Virus record (IMG/VR): IMGVR_UViG_3300028195_000196
Location: 1-38,506 of that record
Length of the DNA stretch: 38,506 nucleotides
Reading direction: 5' to 3' (one strand)
From: a virus
Taxonomy: Duplodnaviria > Caudoviricetes
Positions 9,658 through 17,902 of this stretch are shown piece after piece. Within the stretch, counting starts at the first letter, position 1. Each line of letters opens with the position of its first letter. The notes below the pieces were generated by a model that did no database searches, had not been told where the DNA came from, and saw nothing but the letters and a program-made list of their open reading frames with translations. Position numbers and translations under genes: made by a program.

Positions 9658-10983
9658 ATGACAGATAATCCAAGATTAAATCAACAACTTGCTTTTGCGG
9701 GTGCTAGAAAAACTCTAGGAACCCAGCCAAGTCGTGCCCAAGCTGGAGACGAGCTTAAAAGACAAGCTGGAGTACCAGGTGTTATTACAGACCCAAATGC
9801 CCCAGATTTCGATAGACAGGTTGCAGACTTAGACAGACAAATAGGTGGAACATCATTCACTCAAGGTCTTTCAGAAAGAAGAAGACTTTTATCAGAAGCC
9901 AGTGGAAGAACAGCCTCACTCGAGGAGTTTCAAGCAGGAGAAGGAGCTGAAGTTAGACAAGAACTAGCAGGAAGAGAGAGAGTTGCAGGAGAGAGTCCTG
10001 TAGGAATCATTGAAAGAGCAATGGGAGTTGAAGGTAGAGGAAAAGATATCCTATCTGAGACAGCACGACAAGAGGTCAGTGCCCTTAACGCTCTAAGTAG
10101 TTTCTTACTAGGAGTATCTGGAGAACTTACAAAAAGAGATCAGCTAAGATTACAACAACAAGACCAAGTGTTAAAAGAGTCAGAACTAGGACTTAGATAT
10201 AATGAAGAAACAGGAAGTTACGACATTGATCTAGGAACTGGAGATGCAGACGTTACTGCAGAACAACAAGCAGACGCTAGATTAAGAGGAGAAAGAGCTG
10301 TGGCTCGAGTAAACGAACAAGGTGGTCAAGACATACTTAAGGGTGTTAAAACTAAAGCAGAGAGAATCGCTGTATCAGAAGCAATCCTACAAGCAGGAGG
10401 AGTTACTGAATACAGACGACAACTACCTCTAGCAGCCCTAGTAGATGACAAAGAAACAGCAGAGCTTCAAAATCAAACAGGACTAATGCAAGAGATCGTA
10501 GCTGCACAAGCAGCATTCGAGAAGTTCAGAGGAGCTGGAACTGGACCATTAGCACAGTTTATCCCAGGGTTCGTTAGATCCCCAGAGGGAAGAGATATTA
10601 TCGCTAAGGCTGAAAAGATTAAAACCACTTATGCAGCAGCAGTTAGTGGAAAGACAGTGAGTGATAAAGAAATCCAAAGACTAGAGAAGTTCTTACCAAC
10701 TACAGCAAAGACAGAACAACAAAACCTAGAAGATCTAAATAGATTAGCTACTGGATTACAAATCAACCAAAGAATCTTTGAGCTAGGTAAACAACACGGA
10801 TTAACTCCAAACCAAGCTTTTGCAAGATTTGGTCAAGAAGTGTTTGAAGAGTTCGGAGAGCCATTCCCAGGAGGAGATGGAGAGACTGGTGAGAAGACAA
10901 TAAGAGTTAAACAAAAATCAAGTGGAAAAGCTGGATCGATTCCTGAAAGCGAGTTTGATCCAGATGTCTACGAAAGGATATAA
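9658..10983 (+). CDS. Putative ejection / DNA-transfer protein
   Basis: Helical; GTGPL...SGKTVSDKE...LP motif typical of podovirus DNA-transfer proteins. Confidence 0.65.
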   Translation: MTDNPRLNQQLAFAGARKTLGTQPSRAQAGDELKRQAGVPGVITDPNAPDFDRQVADLDRQIGGTSFTQGLSERRRLLSEASGRTASLEEFQAGEGAEVRQELAGRERVAGESPVGIIERAMGVEGRGKDILSETARQEVSALNALSSFLLGVSGELTKRDQLRLQQQDQVLKESELGLRYNEETGSYDIDLGTGDADVTAEQQADARLRGERAVARVNEQGGQDILKGVKTKAERIAVSEAILQAGGVTEYRRQLPLAALVDDKETAELQNQTGLMQEIVAAQAAFEKFRGAGTGPLAQFIPGFVRSPEGRDIIAKAEKIKTTYAAAVSGKTVSDKEIQRLEKFLPTTAKTEQQNLEDLNRLATGLQINQRIFELGKQHGLTPNQAFARFGQEVFEEFGEPFPGGDGETGEKTIRVKQKSSGKAGSIPESEFDPDVYERI

Positions 10984-12645
10984 ATGCCATTTATAGCAGA
11001 TGACCAACCACAAACAGCAGAGTCTGGGTTTGTAACAGATAAACCAAAGAAGGGTCTTCTTGAGAAGATTGGAGACTTTATTGCTCCAGCCACTACTTCT
11101 ATTGCAAAGATAACTGGTAAAGCACCAGCACTAGGCACGGAGGCAATGGAAAGAAACAAGAGAGTAGAGGATCTTGGTAAAGAGTCAAGAGAGCTTATTA
11201 AAAAAGCTGGAAACCTCCCTAGAGGTTCAGAGGAACAAAAAGACTTACTAGACCAATCAAGAGCAATAGATAGACAAATAGAATCTGAGGGTGCTGCCCA
11301 AAGAGGAGAAGTGTCTAGATTTAAAGAAGATGTTTCTATCACAGACAAAGATATTGAAGACCATCCATTAAAGTTTGCTTTCGGCAGAGGAGCTGAGGCT
11401 TCAGCAGAACTCACAGCATTCTTACTACCAAGCACAACTGGGTTTAAAGCTTTAGGAGCTGGATCAACAGCAATACAAAGAATAGCTCAAGCTGGAAAAG
11501 TAGGAGCTGCAACAGGAGCCTTGACAGGAGCCTCAAGAATAGATGTAGATGGTTTTGGAGAAAAACTTAAAACTACAGCTCTTGGAGGACTCGGAGGATT
11601 TGCTCTAGGAACAGTATTAACAGCAGGATTTGAAGGAGCTAAGGCTGCACCAAAGGCTTTTAAACAGATTGGAAACAATGTTAAAAAGAAGATTGGTAGG
11701 CAACAACTTAACTCTTTCCTCAAGGCAACCCCAACGGTACAAGAGAAGGCAGACGATCTCGGTATCGACATTGCTGAAGAGTTGATCAGAAACGACCAGG
11801 TAGAAGGAGGATTTGCTAAAGTTAAAAACGTCAGAGAGTTTACTGATGAGTTTGGAACAACTATGTCTGAGAAGTTCAAATATGCTGGACAAGAGAAATC
11901 TGACGACATTATCAGACAACAAGAGAAAGTGATTAAAAACATCATTAAGAAAAAGGGAACAAAGATAGTTGTCGGCAAGAATCAGGTCTTAAATGGACTA
12001 GATGACTTTGTAACTGGAAATACTCTAACTGCTCCAGAAAAAGAATCAGCAATGAAGTTCTTAACAGCTGCTGTAGATGAACAGTTTGGCTCAAGAGGAA
12101 CCATAGATGCTGGTGAAGCTTTAGAGCTTAAGAGATTCCTTTTCAGTAAAGCTGGAAAGATTACAGACAGAGCTTCAGTAAAACGCAAGGGTCTTGAGAG
12201 AATGGCACAGATTGTAAATGGTGCTTTCAAAGGAAGAGTGTCCGATGGAGTAGATGATGCTCTAAGACAACAACAAGTACAGATCTTTTTAAGAGATGAG
12301 GTTATTGGTCAAACAGGTAGAAAACTTTATAGTGAAGCTGCTAAGTCTATAGCTGGACTATCTCCATCAGAGATTAGAACAATAGGTAGTCAAATGTTCC
12401 AAAGAACATTAGCAGGTGGTGTGGTCGGAGGACCAGCTGGTGGATTAGTAGGAGCTGCAACAACAGTTCCAGAGCTAGCATCTAAAGTTATCGGACCAGA
12501 GAAAATAGCTGGAAGATTCTTAAAACCAGCAGCAGAACAAGCAACACAACAAGTGCCAAGCTTTTTAAGAAACTTAGGACTAATAGGACAAGAAGGAGTA
12601 AGAAGAGGATCTGGAATAGTAAGCGGAAGATCAGTCGGCAAATAG
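10984..12645 (+). CDS. Putative large ejection protein
   Basis: Gly/Ala-rich hydrophobic helices (GAATGALTG, ALGGLGGFALG, GGPAGGLVGA); synteny. Confidence 0.65.
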   Translation: MPFIADDQPQTAESGFVTDKPKKGLLEKIGDFIAPATTSIAKITGKAPALGTEAMERNKRVEDLGKESRELIKKAGNLPRGSEEQKDLLDQSRAIDRQIESEGAAQRGEVSRFKEDVSITDKDIEDHPLKFAFGRGAEASAELTAFLLPSTTGFKALGAGSTAIQRIAQAGKVGAATGALTGASRIDVDGFGEKLKTTALGGLGGFALGTVLTAGFEGAKAAPKAFKQIGNNVKKKIGRQQLNSFLKATPTVQEKADDLGIDIAEELIRNDQVEGGFAKVKNVREFTDEFGTTMSEKFKYAGQEKSDDIIRQQEKVIKNIIKKKGTKIVVGKNQVLNGLDDFVTGNTLTAPEKESAMKFLTAAVDEQFGSRGTIDAGEALELKRFLFSKAGKITDRASVKRKGLERMAQIVNGAFKGRVSDGVDDALRQQQVQIFLRDEVIGQTGRKLYSEAAKSIAGLSPSEIRTIGSQMFQRTLAGGVVGGPAGGLVGAATTVPELASKVIGPEKIAGRFLKPAAEQATQQVPSFLRNLGLIGQEGVRRGSGIVSGRSVGK

Positions 12646-12713
12646 GCTTGAAAATAGCCAAAACCCGACCATATAGATGAGAACAAATGCTTTTAACATA
12701 AGGACATTATAAC

Positions 12714-14804
12714 ATGGCAAACACAGCAACAGAACTAACCGTACAAAGACTAGAGAATCTAGCCGCAGATAAGACAGTATCTCCTCCAGTAATGAGAAGG
12801 GGATTGGTCGGTAAAGCTGATGATGGTAACTATTACGATATTAAAGGTTCTACAGAGGGTGGTTTACACGTTGTTCCTAATGGATCAGAGGTAGATGCTA
12901 ATAACTCAACTGAAACACCACTACTAGCTAATGCAACTTTTACAGGTACATCTACAGAGATACTACACTTCTCAGCTATAGCCTTATTGGTTAGCTCAGA
13001 CGTGGCTAGTGCTACAGGAGGACTTGTTTTAGAGTTTAGCCCTGATGGAACTGACTGGCACGCAGGAGAATCTTATACAATCCCTGCTGGATCAACAAAG
13101 TTCTTCACACCTCCAGTACAGGCTAGGTACTACAGGATTGTTTATACTAATGGTGGAACAGATCAGACAGCATTTCACTTACACCCACTCTTAAAGAAAA
13201 CTCCTATTAAGTGGTCAAGCCATAATATACAAGACACCCTTAATGATGAAGATGATGGCGAGTTAAATGTATCTGTTATTAAACTAAGAACTGCTAAGGA
13301 TAATTATGTTTCAGGAAGTGCAACTAATTCAGGAAACTTTAAAACATCTCTTGAGGAGTTAGAGAGTGGTATTAGCAGTAATTCTAATAGCCAGCTTAAT
13401 GTAACCCAGTTTTTAGCAGATGGCACAGAGGGCTTAACACAGGCTGTAAAAGCAGATGCTAATAACTCAAGCACAACTAACTTAGCAAGTGGAGCTACCT
13501 TTACTGGTACAGCAACCTCTACTCTCGGAGTAGTAGGATTGCAGTGGAGCTTATACACAACCCAAAACTGCACAGTTTATGTGGAGCAAAGTCCTGATGG
13601 AACTAACTGGGATATAAGCTATCACTTCGACTATATCGCCTCAAAAGGTGGTGAAGGTGAAACAGTCCAAGCAACTCAAGCATATTGGAGAATCAGGGTA
13701 ACAAATGAGGGAACTCTTACAACTACAGCATTTAGACTACAAGGTGTTTTATGCCCTATCGCAGTGCCTTTGCCAAGTGCATTAAGTGATGATGCTAGAC
13801 TTAAAACTGAATCAACTCTATCAGGTAGAGAGAATACAGAACGCCACGTTTGGGTTAATCCAACTAACGAATTAGCAATAAGTCCAGTTTATAGAATGGT
13901 AGGTACTAACTTTGATGGTTCTACCTTAGACCCTAATTTTTGGAGTGATGATGAATGTTTAAGAGATGGAACAGTTGCACAGAGTAATGGAGAGGTTAAA
14001 TTACTAACCAACACAACAGCTAATGGTCTATCAATACTTCAAAGTGTTAGGAGAGGAAGATTTGTAGCAGGTTCAGCTATGATATTTGAAGGAGCATTTA
14101 GTTTCAAAACAGCAGGAACAGCCAATAACACTAGGAGAGTAGGAGTTTATACCATAGATGGTAGTTTAGATGTAGAAGATGGATTTTTCTTTCAATTAGA
14201 TGGAACAACCTTTAGCATAGGATATGCAAGAGATGGTTCAGTAACAGAAGTTGATAGTGGGGATTTTAATGGAAACTTAGGTTTAATTTGGACACCAACA
14301 GTAGATACTTATTACAAATTAACAATAGAATATACTCCTATGGGAGCTTTCTGGTATGTAGATGGAACTTTACTACACAAGGTAAAAGCAGGACATCCAT
14401 CAGCTTATATGACCTTACCAATAACAATGGAGAATGAAAATATTGGTAATATTACTACAGAGATTGAATTACATTGTGTAGGTGCTTACATAGCAAGACA
14501 AGGTGAATTATTTACTAACCAAACAAGTAAGTTTCTTCAAGGAACGGGTACTACAATATGTAAACGTGGTGCAGGGGTAGTTAAAGGTATAGTTATTAGT
14601 GCTGTAGTAGACAATACTGAGATAGATTTCTACGATGGAACTACAACTGGTGTGAGTGACACACTACTATGGGCAAGTGGTGGGATACAAGCCAAGACAG
14701 ATTATGAACCAATCCCAGTAGACCTTTTTGGACTACCATTTAGTAATGGATTGACAATAGAAATTTCAGAGGAAAACTGTAACGTTTTAGTAATATATGA
14801 ATAA
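12714..14804 (+). CDS. Virion surface/spike protein with duplicated beta-sandwich and a lectin-like domain
   Basis: Two copies of DANNS..L..ATFTGT...SPDGT.W...Y.RI..TN.GT..TAF; NFDGSTLDPNFW lectin start; C-terminal FYDG...FSNGL domain. Confidence 0.65.
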   Translation: MANTATELTVQRLENLAADKTVSPPVMRRGLVGKADDGNYYDIKGSTEGGLHVVPNGSEVDANNSTETPLLANATFTGTSTEILHFSAIALLVSSDVASATGGLVLEFSPDGTDWHAGESYTIPAGSTKFFTPPVQARYYRIVYTNGGTDQTAFHLHPLLKKTPIKWSSHNIQDTLNDEDDGELNVSVIKLRTAKDNYVSGSATNSGNFKTSLEELESGISSNSNSQLNVTQFLADGTEGLTQAVKADANNSSTTNLASGATFTGTATSTLGVVGLQWSLYTTQNCTVYVEQSPDGTNWDISYHFDYIASKGGEGETVQATQAYWRIRVTNEGTLTTTAFRLQGVLCPIAVPLPSALSDDARLKTESTLSGRENTERHVWVNPTNELAISPVYRMVGTNFDGSTLDPNFWSDDECLRDGTVAQSNGEVKLLTNTTANGLSILQSVRRGRFVAGSAMIFEGAFSFKTAGTANNTRRVGVYTIDGSLDVEDGFFFQLDGTTFSIGYARDGSVTEVDSGDFNGNLGLIWTPTVDTYYKLTIEYTPMGAFWYVDGTLLHKVKAGHPSAYMTLPITMENENIGNITTEIELHCVGAYIARQGELFTNQTSKFLQGTGTTICKRGAGVVKGIVISAVVDNTEIDFYDGTTTGVSDTLLWASGGIQAKTDYEPIPVDLFGLPFSNGLTIEISEENCNVLVIYE

Positions 14805-14808
14805 AACT

Positions 14809-14973
14809 ATGAAGATTAAAGATATAGACCACAAACTAGACCTACATCTAAAAGACTATGAAGAGGTTAGAAAAGATATTAATAGTATCGCTTCATGGGG
14901 ATCATGGATTTTTAAAATAATAATAGGAGCAGTTATCTTATCTATACTCACGTTAATAGGAATAAACAAATGA
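14809..14973 (+). CDS. 54-aa holin-like (XhlA-type) membrane protein, not in the ORF track
   Basis: Hand translation MKIKDIDHKLDLHLKDYEEVRKDINSIASWGSWIFKIIIGAVILSILTLIGINK; coiled coil plus C-terminal TM; ATGA overlap with next gene. Confidence 0.7.
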   Translation: MKIKDIDHKLDLHLKDYEEVRKDINSIASWGSWIFKIIIGAVILSILTLIGINK

Positions 14974-15407
14974 AAAGATCACACACAATATTCGCAAATA
15001 TAGCAATATGCTTAATGTATTTATTGGTAATACTGTTCTTATATTGGACTCTTTACCCATATAAGCCACTAGAGATTGAACAACCAGTGAAAATAGTAAG
15101 TGAGGTTCATAATCCTGGAGACATGATTTATGCAGATTTTAACTTTGAAAAGAACACTAATGTTAAGCCAGATATCTCTCTAGCCATAGTAGACGGAGTG
15201 ATATTTAACATCCCTTCCTCTACACCTCAGAATTCTGAAGGACATAATGAGAGAGTTGTAGGAGTGTTAGAAGTACCATCAACAGTTCCTTGTGGAATAT
15301 ATCATCTTCACTGGACTGCTAAATATAGAATGAATCCTATTAGAACAGTTGAAGTTAAATACGAGAGCGAGAAGTTTGAGATAACCAGTGCCTTGTGTGC
15401 TGAGTAA
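14970..15407 (+). CDS. Membrane-anchored lysis-module protein
   Basis: N-terminal TM followed by an Ig-like beta domain; lies between holin-like gene and endolysin. Confidence 0.65.
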   Translation: MKRSHTIFANIAICLMYLLVILFLYWTLYPYKPLEIEQPVKIVSEVHNPGDMIYADFNFEKNTNVKPDISLAIVDGVIFNIPSSTPQNSEGHNERVVGVLEVPSTVPCGIYHLHWTAKYRMNPIRTVEVKYESEKFEITSALCAE

Positions 15408-15414
15408 GGATTAA

Positions 15415-16182
15415 ATGAACTTTGACGAGTTTATAGCCAAGTGGAACAATAAAGGAGCTGACTGGGATGGAGCTTATGGTGATCAGTGTGTTGATCTAGC
15501 TCGTTATTACTGGTCTGAGGTATGTGAGATCTCTCAACCAAGATCTGTAGAAGGAGCTAAAGACTTCTGGGTAAACTTTGAGACAGACAGAAACCTCCAC
15601 GAAAACTTTTCCAAGATACCAAATAGTCCTGAAGCAGTTCCTGCTAAAGGAGATGTAATGGTGTGGGGTTCTTCCTATGGTCCATGGGGACACATTGCTA
15701 TATTTACTACAGGCAATGTAGACAGCTTCAATGCCTTTTCCCAGAACGATCCAACAGGGGCTTTAAGTAAAGAAAGATATTATATAAACTATGCAGGAGT
15801 GCTTGGATGGTTCAGACCAAACAAGGACGTAAATAACGGTTCAGGAGAACCAGAAAGTAATGAAATGACAGCAGGAGAGTTCCTAGAAAAGATAGGAGTT
15901 AAAAACTTTACAGAAGCCATCGGTGTATGGGAGAGAGAGATGGGCTTCCTTAAGTCAGAAAGAGAAAAGAATGAAGAACTTAAAGAAAAAAACACAGAAC
16001 TTACAGCTACGATTGAGAGCCAAAAAGAACAGATTAGAGTACTCAATGATGAACTTGAAGCTTGTAAAGGATTTGAAGGAGACTTCACCATTCCTACTAT
16101 TGAGGGCTTTGAAGAAAATGGTCTGGAGGTGCAAAAAAAGACCATCGATGGACTGATTACGATCAACTATCGTAAGAAGTAA
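15415..16182 (+). CDS. CHAP-domain endolysin with C-terminal coiled coil
   Basis: DWDGAYGDQCVDL (catalytic Cys), WGHIAI (His), FSQN, GVLGWFRP. Confidence 0.88.
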   Translation: MNFDEFIAKWNNKGADWDGAYGDQCVDLARYYWSEVCEISQPRSVEGAKDFWVNFETDRNLHENFSKIPNSPEAVPAKGDVMVWGSSYGPWGHIAIFTTGNVDSFNAFSQNDPTGALSKERYYINYAGVLGWFRPNKDVNNGSGEPESNEMTAGEFLEKIGVKNFTEAIGVWEREMGFLKSEREKNEELKEKNTELTATIESQKEQIRVLNDELEACKGFEGDFTIPTIEGFEENGLEVQKKTIDGLITINYRKK

Positions 16183-16193
16183 CCCATAATAAT

Positions 16194-16268
16194 ATGGTTA
16201 AGACCATCATAGTCGTGCTGTACGTCTATTTCGCTATAAAGAAATGGATTGATACAGTGAGCAAATAA
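16194..16268 (+). CDS. 24-aa hydrophobic peptide
   Basis: MVKTIIVVLYVYFAIKKWIDTVSK fills the gap after the endolysin. Confidence 0.35.
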   Translation: MVKTIIVVLYVYFAIKKWIDTVSK

Positions 16269-16344
16269 AGACAAATATCATTTTTAGCAGTAAAAAGCTG
16301 GGGTGCTAAAGTCAAATAGTAATAGAAGTTATAGAAAGGTCAGA

Positions 16345-16542
16345 ATGAAGAAAAAGATCACTACACTTTGGGGAAAGTTTCCTAAAGAGATAAAAGTGGC
16401 TTCATACATTGGACTATCAGCAGGAATCTGGGCTGGTATCCAAGCACTAGGAGTAGAATACGAAGGGGATGCATTAGCCATCGCAATAATCAACGTGCTA
16501 ACTGTCCTCTTAGAGAACAGGATGCCTAGAAAGTCTAAGTAG
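16345..16542 (+). CDS. Two-TM holin-like protein (ATG 16345 preferred to 16303)
   Basis: GAAAGG RBS before ATG; two hydrophobic helices and a basic C-terminus. Confidence 0.6.
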   Translation: MKKKITTLWGKFPKEIKVASYIGLSAGIWAGIQALGVEYEGDALAIAIINVLTVLLENRMPRKSK

Positions 16543-17048
16543 TGAGTTCGGAGAGAACTCCACAACGACATAAAAAAGAGAAACTAAATCTTGGAGTCCC
16601 ACTGGCAACGGTGGGACTTTTTGTTATTGCCAGCCTGGGAGCTTTTACACGCAAACAACGAGATGCTATAGTTGAAAGGGATGATAATAAATGTCAGTTT
16701 CCAGAACATCATAAACACAAAGGAGGATTACAAGTACACCACATAATCCCTCAACGTTATTCAGAACAGCTTGGTATAGACCCTGACTTCCCTGAAAATG
16801 GGCTTACATTATGTGAAGACTCACACCACAAGGTTCATCCAGATATTAAGCGTGCTAAACAAACCTATCACCAAAAAAAGAGAGTTGGAGAAAGCTCATT
16901 TAATGAAGTGTTCCAAGAAAGACAGGAAAAAATAAAGAACAAAGAAATCTATTGGGATGATTCATGGGATAGGAAAATGTCTACTACAGCAGTTAGGAAT
17001 ACCCAGAAGAAAAGTAAACTTGGTTGGTTATTCCCTAAAAAGAGATAA
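16542..17048 (+). CDS. HNH endonuclease (unrelated to the three tail HNHs)
   Basis: ERDDNKCQ, LQVHHIIP, PENGLTLCEDSH. Confidence 0.8.
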   Translation: MSSERTPQRHKKEKLNLGVPLATVGLFVIASLGAFTRKQRDAIVERDDNKCQFPEHHKHKGGLQVHHIIPQRYSEQLGIDPDFPENGLTLCEDSHHKVHPDIKRAKQTYHQKKRVGESSFNEVFQERQEKIKNKEIYWDDSWDRKMSTTAVRNTQKKSKLGWLFPKKR

Positions 17049-17050
17049 GC

Positions 17051-17079
17051 TTGACAACTGTAAACATATCTAGTAGATT
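17051..17079 (+). promoter_or_regulatory. Sigma70-type promoter P1 with operator-like TGTAAACA
   Basis: TTGACA-17-TAGATT. Confidence 0.7.
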
Positions 17080-17085
17080 AAGTTA

Positions 17086-17250
17086 ATCTCTTCTGGAGAA
17101 GCAGACCCGCTAATCTGGAGGAAGTTATAGTAGTAAAACTATTGCACATTAACATCTTCGTACTTAAAAAACGATAATATTAAAACAACAATAGAAACAC
17201 TACTGTCGAAAAACCATAAGCAACTAAGACCCTTTACTGGGTCTTTTTTG
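17086..17250 (+). ncRNA. Candidate ~165-nt small RNA (sRNA-1)
   Basis: Bounded by P1 and an intrinsic terminator; no ATG-initiated ORF. Confidence 0.45.
17226..17250 (+). terminator. Intrinsic terminator whose loop is the -35 of the next promoter
   Basis: AAGACCC-TTTACT-GGGTCTT followed by TTTT. Confidence 0.75.
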
Positions 17251-17261
17251 TTTGTTATAGT
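17233..17261 (+). promoter_or_regulatory. Promoter P2 (extended -10)
   Basis: TTTACT-17-TATAGT preceded by TG-n; predicted +1 at about 17268-17269, the first base of a stem. Confidence 0.6.
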
Positions 17262-17268
17262 GAATATT

Positions 17269-17343
17269 AGCCTCCTAGGTTACCCAATCATTTTTTCATT
17301 AGAGGTGCTTTTTTCATACAAACTCATTTCTTCCTAGGGGGCT
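17269..17343 (+). ncRNA. Candidate ~75-nt multi-target antisense RNA (sRNA-2)
   Basis: 11-bp closing stem AGCCTCCTAGG/CCTAGGGGGCT; 53-nt loop with four CAT triplets complementary to phage start regions. Confidence 0.65.
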
Positions 17344-17356
17344 GCTATATTAGTAT

Positions 17357-17389
17357 TTGACAAACATATTTAAAGTGTGCTAATAATAT
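17357..17389 (+). promoter_or_regulatory. Promoter P3 upstream of the attenuator leader
   Basis: TTGACA followed by TG-C-TAATAATAT; exact -10 register ambiguous. Confidence 0.55.
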
Positions 17390-17399
17390 AAGAGTCCCA

Positions 17400-17519
17400 A
17401 TGGGCACCCCTACGGTAAGCGGGGTAAGGTTAAAAAAGTTAGATTAATGAGACCATTTGTTTCTGGTAAGTCCGAGCTTACCAAAGTCTAACCGCTTGCC
17501 AGAAATAAGTGGTTTTTTT
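17400..17519 (+). promoter_or_regulatory. Two-state attenuator-like leader with two coupled mini-ORFs (17400-17447, 17447-17491)
   Basis: 19-bp terminator stem 17452-17470/17495-17513 with T-run, versus nested alternative helices; TAATG overlap between the mini-ORFs. Confidence 0.6.
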
Positions 17520-17820
17520 GTACCTCGGCTCTGCGGCATAAAGAACAAAGGAGAGCTGAGACACTAGTAAATCACTAGAGGGAGACGATACCCTTTTGAA
17601 AACGATACTTCACGACCAAGTGACTGACCAACCGACATCTAACTGTTCTCTTAGAAATAAGAGTAATCTCCCCTAAAGGGAGCCTAAGACACTTCAGGCT
17701 AAAACACTGTGCGAAAGCACAGCCTAAGAAAGAGAGAGGGAAGGGAGGGAAACAAGGGAGAAAGAGCCTAGACCTAAACATAACAAGACCGAAGGGCTAT
17801 AGACCCTTTACTTAGTCGTC
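17520..17820 (+). other. Structured non-coding region with G-quadruplex motif; candidate replication origin / primer RNA
   Basis: Serial hairpins including CTGTGC-GAAA-GCACAG; purine tract 17726-17766 containing GGG-AA-GGG-A-GGG-AAACAA-GGG. Confidence 0.4.
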
Positions 17821-17845
17821 TCATAAACCATATTTAAACTGCTTA

Positions 17846-17874
17846 TTGACACTTGTGAATACTTACCTTATACT
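17846..17874 (+). promoter_or_regulatory. Strong sigma70 promoter P4 with operator-like TGTGAATA
   Basis: TTGACA-17-TATACT. Confidence 0.85.
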
Positions 17875-17881
17875 TGAGTGT

Positions 17882-17902
17882 AGAAAGGGTAAAAGAAATG
17901 AA
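17882..17902 (+). repeat. 21-bp leader repeat AGAAAGGGTAAAAGAAATGAA, copy 1 (copy 2 at 19137-19157)
   Basis: Exact direct repeat spanning RBS and ATG of two promoter-proximal genes. Confidence 0.9.

Noticed and set aside
15923-16156. Nested + strand ORF in the endolysin, and 35178-35468 in the GT gene, as embedded spanin-like genes
   Set aside because: No lipobox or convincing start signals; likely shadow frames
17279-17327. Minus-strand 15-codon ORF (MSLYEKSTSNEKMIG) opposite sRNA-2
   Set aside because: It follows automatically from the anti-RBS/anti-AUG content; promoter evidence favours the + strand, though it is not fully excluded
17575-17781. 68-aa minus-strand ORF in the control region
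   Set aside because: Low-complexity F/P/L/S sequence produced by the purine tract; no RBS or promoter seen
17049-17897. CRISPR array, tRNA or tmRNA in the non-coding region
   Set aside because: No regularly spaced repeats and no cloverleaf with T-loop/CCA detected by eye
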